This document shows, one piece after another, positions 62,300 through 64,000 of a DNA stretch of 64,000 nt; the stretch's first letter is position 1, and each line of letters begins with the position of its first letter. A program made the translations under genes and the position numbers. The notes below the pieces were generated by a model. It had not been told where the DNA came from, ran no database searches, and worked only from the letters and a program-made list of their open reading frames with translations. The DNA comes from Adineta vaga. Lineage: Eukaryota; Animalia; Rotifera. The DNA is taken from NCBI GenBank assembly GCA_021613535.1, contig CP075493.1, positions 14,260,001 through 14,324,000 on the forward strand, given 5' to 3'.

Positions 62300-64000
62300 A
62301 TGGCACATGCAACATCGATAACTTTAACAAACGTTAATGAAATAATATCAAATAAGAATAATACAACATCATTGACACAATCTCGTGTCATTGAAAATTT
62401 TATTATTATTTGGTTAGATGCAGATATTAATGAATTTGATGAAGATACAAAAGATTCCATCACGAATCTTCGGCAGTTAGTTAACTCAATCAAAATATTT
62501 CAAGATGTGGATCAATGTGTGGACTTTTTGACTGATATCACAAATGAAAAAGTATTTATGATTGTTTCAAATAAATTTGCTGAACAAATTGTGTCTCTAA
62601 TCGAAAATATTGTTCAATTACATTCCATCTATATTATTTGTAATCAATCAATAGAGCATCAATCATGGTTAGATAATTATCAAAATGTAAAAGGAATATA
62701 CAATAAAATCGAATCGATTTGTGATGCATTGAGAAGAAATATTCGTCAATATGACATGAATCTATCGTCAATTAATATTATTCCGACAAGTTCTCTTACG
62801 AATTTTGATGAACTTGATCAATCATTTATGTATTCACAAATTCTTAAAGAAATCATTGTTGAGATTAATTATGATGAAACAGCTTTGAAAGAATTCGTTG
62901 AATTTTGTTCTATTCAATATGCTGATAATAAAATTCAATTAAATAAAATACGTGATTTCGAACAATCATATAAAGATCATTCACCAATTTGGTGGTACAC
63001 AAAAGAACCGTTTCTTTATTCTGTACTAAACAAAGCATTGAGAACACAAGAAATTGATGTTATCATTAAGATGGGATTTTTCATTCAAGATCTTCATCAA
63101 CAAATTGAACAGCTATACATAGAAGAACACCATACTTCCAAGATAATTATTTATCGAGGTCAGGCAATATCCAGTGATGAGTTTGAAAAGATTAAGAATA
63201 ATAAAGGTGGTCTTCTTTCATTTAATCATTTTTTATCCACAAGTATTGATGAAACTGTTTCATATGCTTTTGCAGCAAGTGTTGAGGAAAATCCGGAATT
63301 AATTGGAATTCTATTTCAAGTTGAAATTAATCCATTGATTTCTACAGTACCATTTGCTTCATTAGACAAAATTAGTTATTATGATGACATCGAAAGAGAA
63401 ATTCTTTTTTCAATGCATACTGTTTTTCGTATAGGTGAAATGAAAAAAATGAAAGATCGCTTGTGGAAAGTCAATCTGATATTGACCAGTGATAATGATC
63501 AGCAATTAAAAGAATTAACGGACTGTATAAGAAAGGAACATCAAAACAAGAACCAATGGCATCGTATGGCTGGATTGATGATGACAATGGGCAACTTCAG
63601 TAAAGCTTTAGAAATATTCGATTTAATAGGCGACCAACATTGCAAAGCAAATAGTAAAGAAAATATTGTCATAAACCCAGCTATCTATCATGATACGGCT
63701 GTAGCATACAGAGGAATAGGAGATTATCCAAATGCTTTACTATATTTTCAAATGACGCTGGAAATTCAACAGAAAATACTCCCATATAATCATCAAGAGT
63801 TTGTTACTACGTACAATAATCTTGGTTCAATAAATGAGGTTATGGGGAACTATTCGCTAGCACTCTCATATTATCAAAAGGCACTTGAAATACAAAGAAA
63901 ATGTGTCTCGTCAAATGATCTATCACTTGCTATTACTTACAATAATATTGCAGCACTATACAATTCTACCGGAGATTATCCGAGCGCACTCTCATACTAT
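62300..64000 (+). CDS. Receiver-like N-terminal domain + R-S-E class (arginine-type) ADP-ribosyltransferase + TPR repeats; 3' end beyond the window
   Basis: Open frame from ATG 62300 to the window end, missing from the ORF track. ENFIIIWLDADI...; WWYTKEPFLYSVLNKALR; catalytic YRG, FLSTS and ERE(ILF); TPRs LEIQQKILPYNHQEFVTTYNNLG and ALSYYQKALEIQ. Confidence 0.92.
   Translation, partial: MAHATSITLTNVNEIISNKNNTTSLTQSRVIENFIIIWLDADINEFDEDTKDSITNLRQLVNSIKIFQDVDQCVDFLTDITNEKVFMIVSNKFAEQIVSLIENIVQLHSIYIICNQSIEHQSWLDNYQNVKGIYNKIESICDALRRNIRQYDMNLSSINIIPTSSLTNFDELDQSFMYSQILKEIIVEINYDETALKEFVEFCSIQYADNKIQLNKIRDFEQSYKDHSPIWWYTKEPFLYSVLNKALRTQEIDVIIKMGFFIQDLHQQIEQLYIEEHHTSKIIIYRGQAISSDEFEKIKNNKGGLLSFNHFLSTSIDETVSYAFAASVEENPELIGILFQVEINPLISTVPFASLDKISYYDDIEREILFSMHTVFRIGEMKKMKDRLWKVNLILTSDNDQQLKELTDCIRKEHQNKNQWHRMAGLMMTMGNFSKALEIFDLIGDQHCKANSKENIVINPAIYHDTAVAYRGIGDYPNALLYFQMTLEIQQKILPYNHQEFVTTYNNLGSINEVMGNYSLALSYYQKALEIQRKCVSSNDLSLAITYNNIAALYNSTGDYPSALSYY

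Noticed and set aside
1-64000. Bacterial contamination, rRNA/tRNA genes, autonomous transposase or reverse transcriptase
   Set aside because: Bacterial-type genes are interleaved with intron-rich animal genes and some have introns; no RNA gene or transposase/RT motifs were recognised by eye.

Overview
AT-rich eukaryotic DNA with many short (about 45-65 bp) GT-AG introns. The gene content (expanded NHL, TPR, ART-TPR, F-box/LRR, LDLa-GPCR and orphan rhodopsin-type GPCR families, plus several bacterial- or fungal-type enzymes) points to a bdelloid rotifer; this is an inference, not a database result. The window holds about 20 genes and several decayed remnants. In order: a TPR tandem array (runs off the left edge), a DED-TM protein, a SOS1-type Na+/H+ exchanger, a nuclear receptor, a CYP102/CYP505-type P450-reductase fusion (frameshift in the linker), a U-box-TM-NHL protein, an LDLa/EGF pseudogene, a GPCR, PSME4/PA200, an RGG-TROVE-like-vWA protein, a LARGE-like GT8, a MITE, a HECT remnant, a SAM methyltransferase, a secreted NHL pseudogene, a divergent EF1A with altered GTPase motifs, an F-box pair, a GPCR, a sulfotransferase remnant, a DED-TM-NHL protein, a PL8 lyase, an SK channel, an ART remnant, an amidase, a GPCR remnant, and an ART-TPR protein (runs off the right edge). 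The most interesting signal is a set of single-pass, probably type II membrane proteins that couple an intracellular signalling module (death effector domain or U-box E3) to an extracellular NHL beta-propeller, flanked by TPR and ART-TPR genes. This is a candidate modular innate-immune receptor system. Gene models were built by hand from splice sites and reading-frame continuity. Several single-base frameshifts could be assembly errors.
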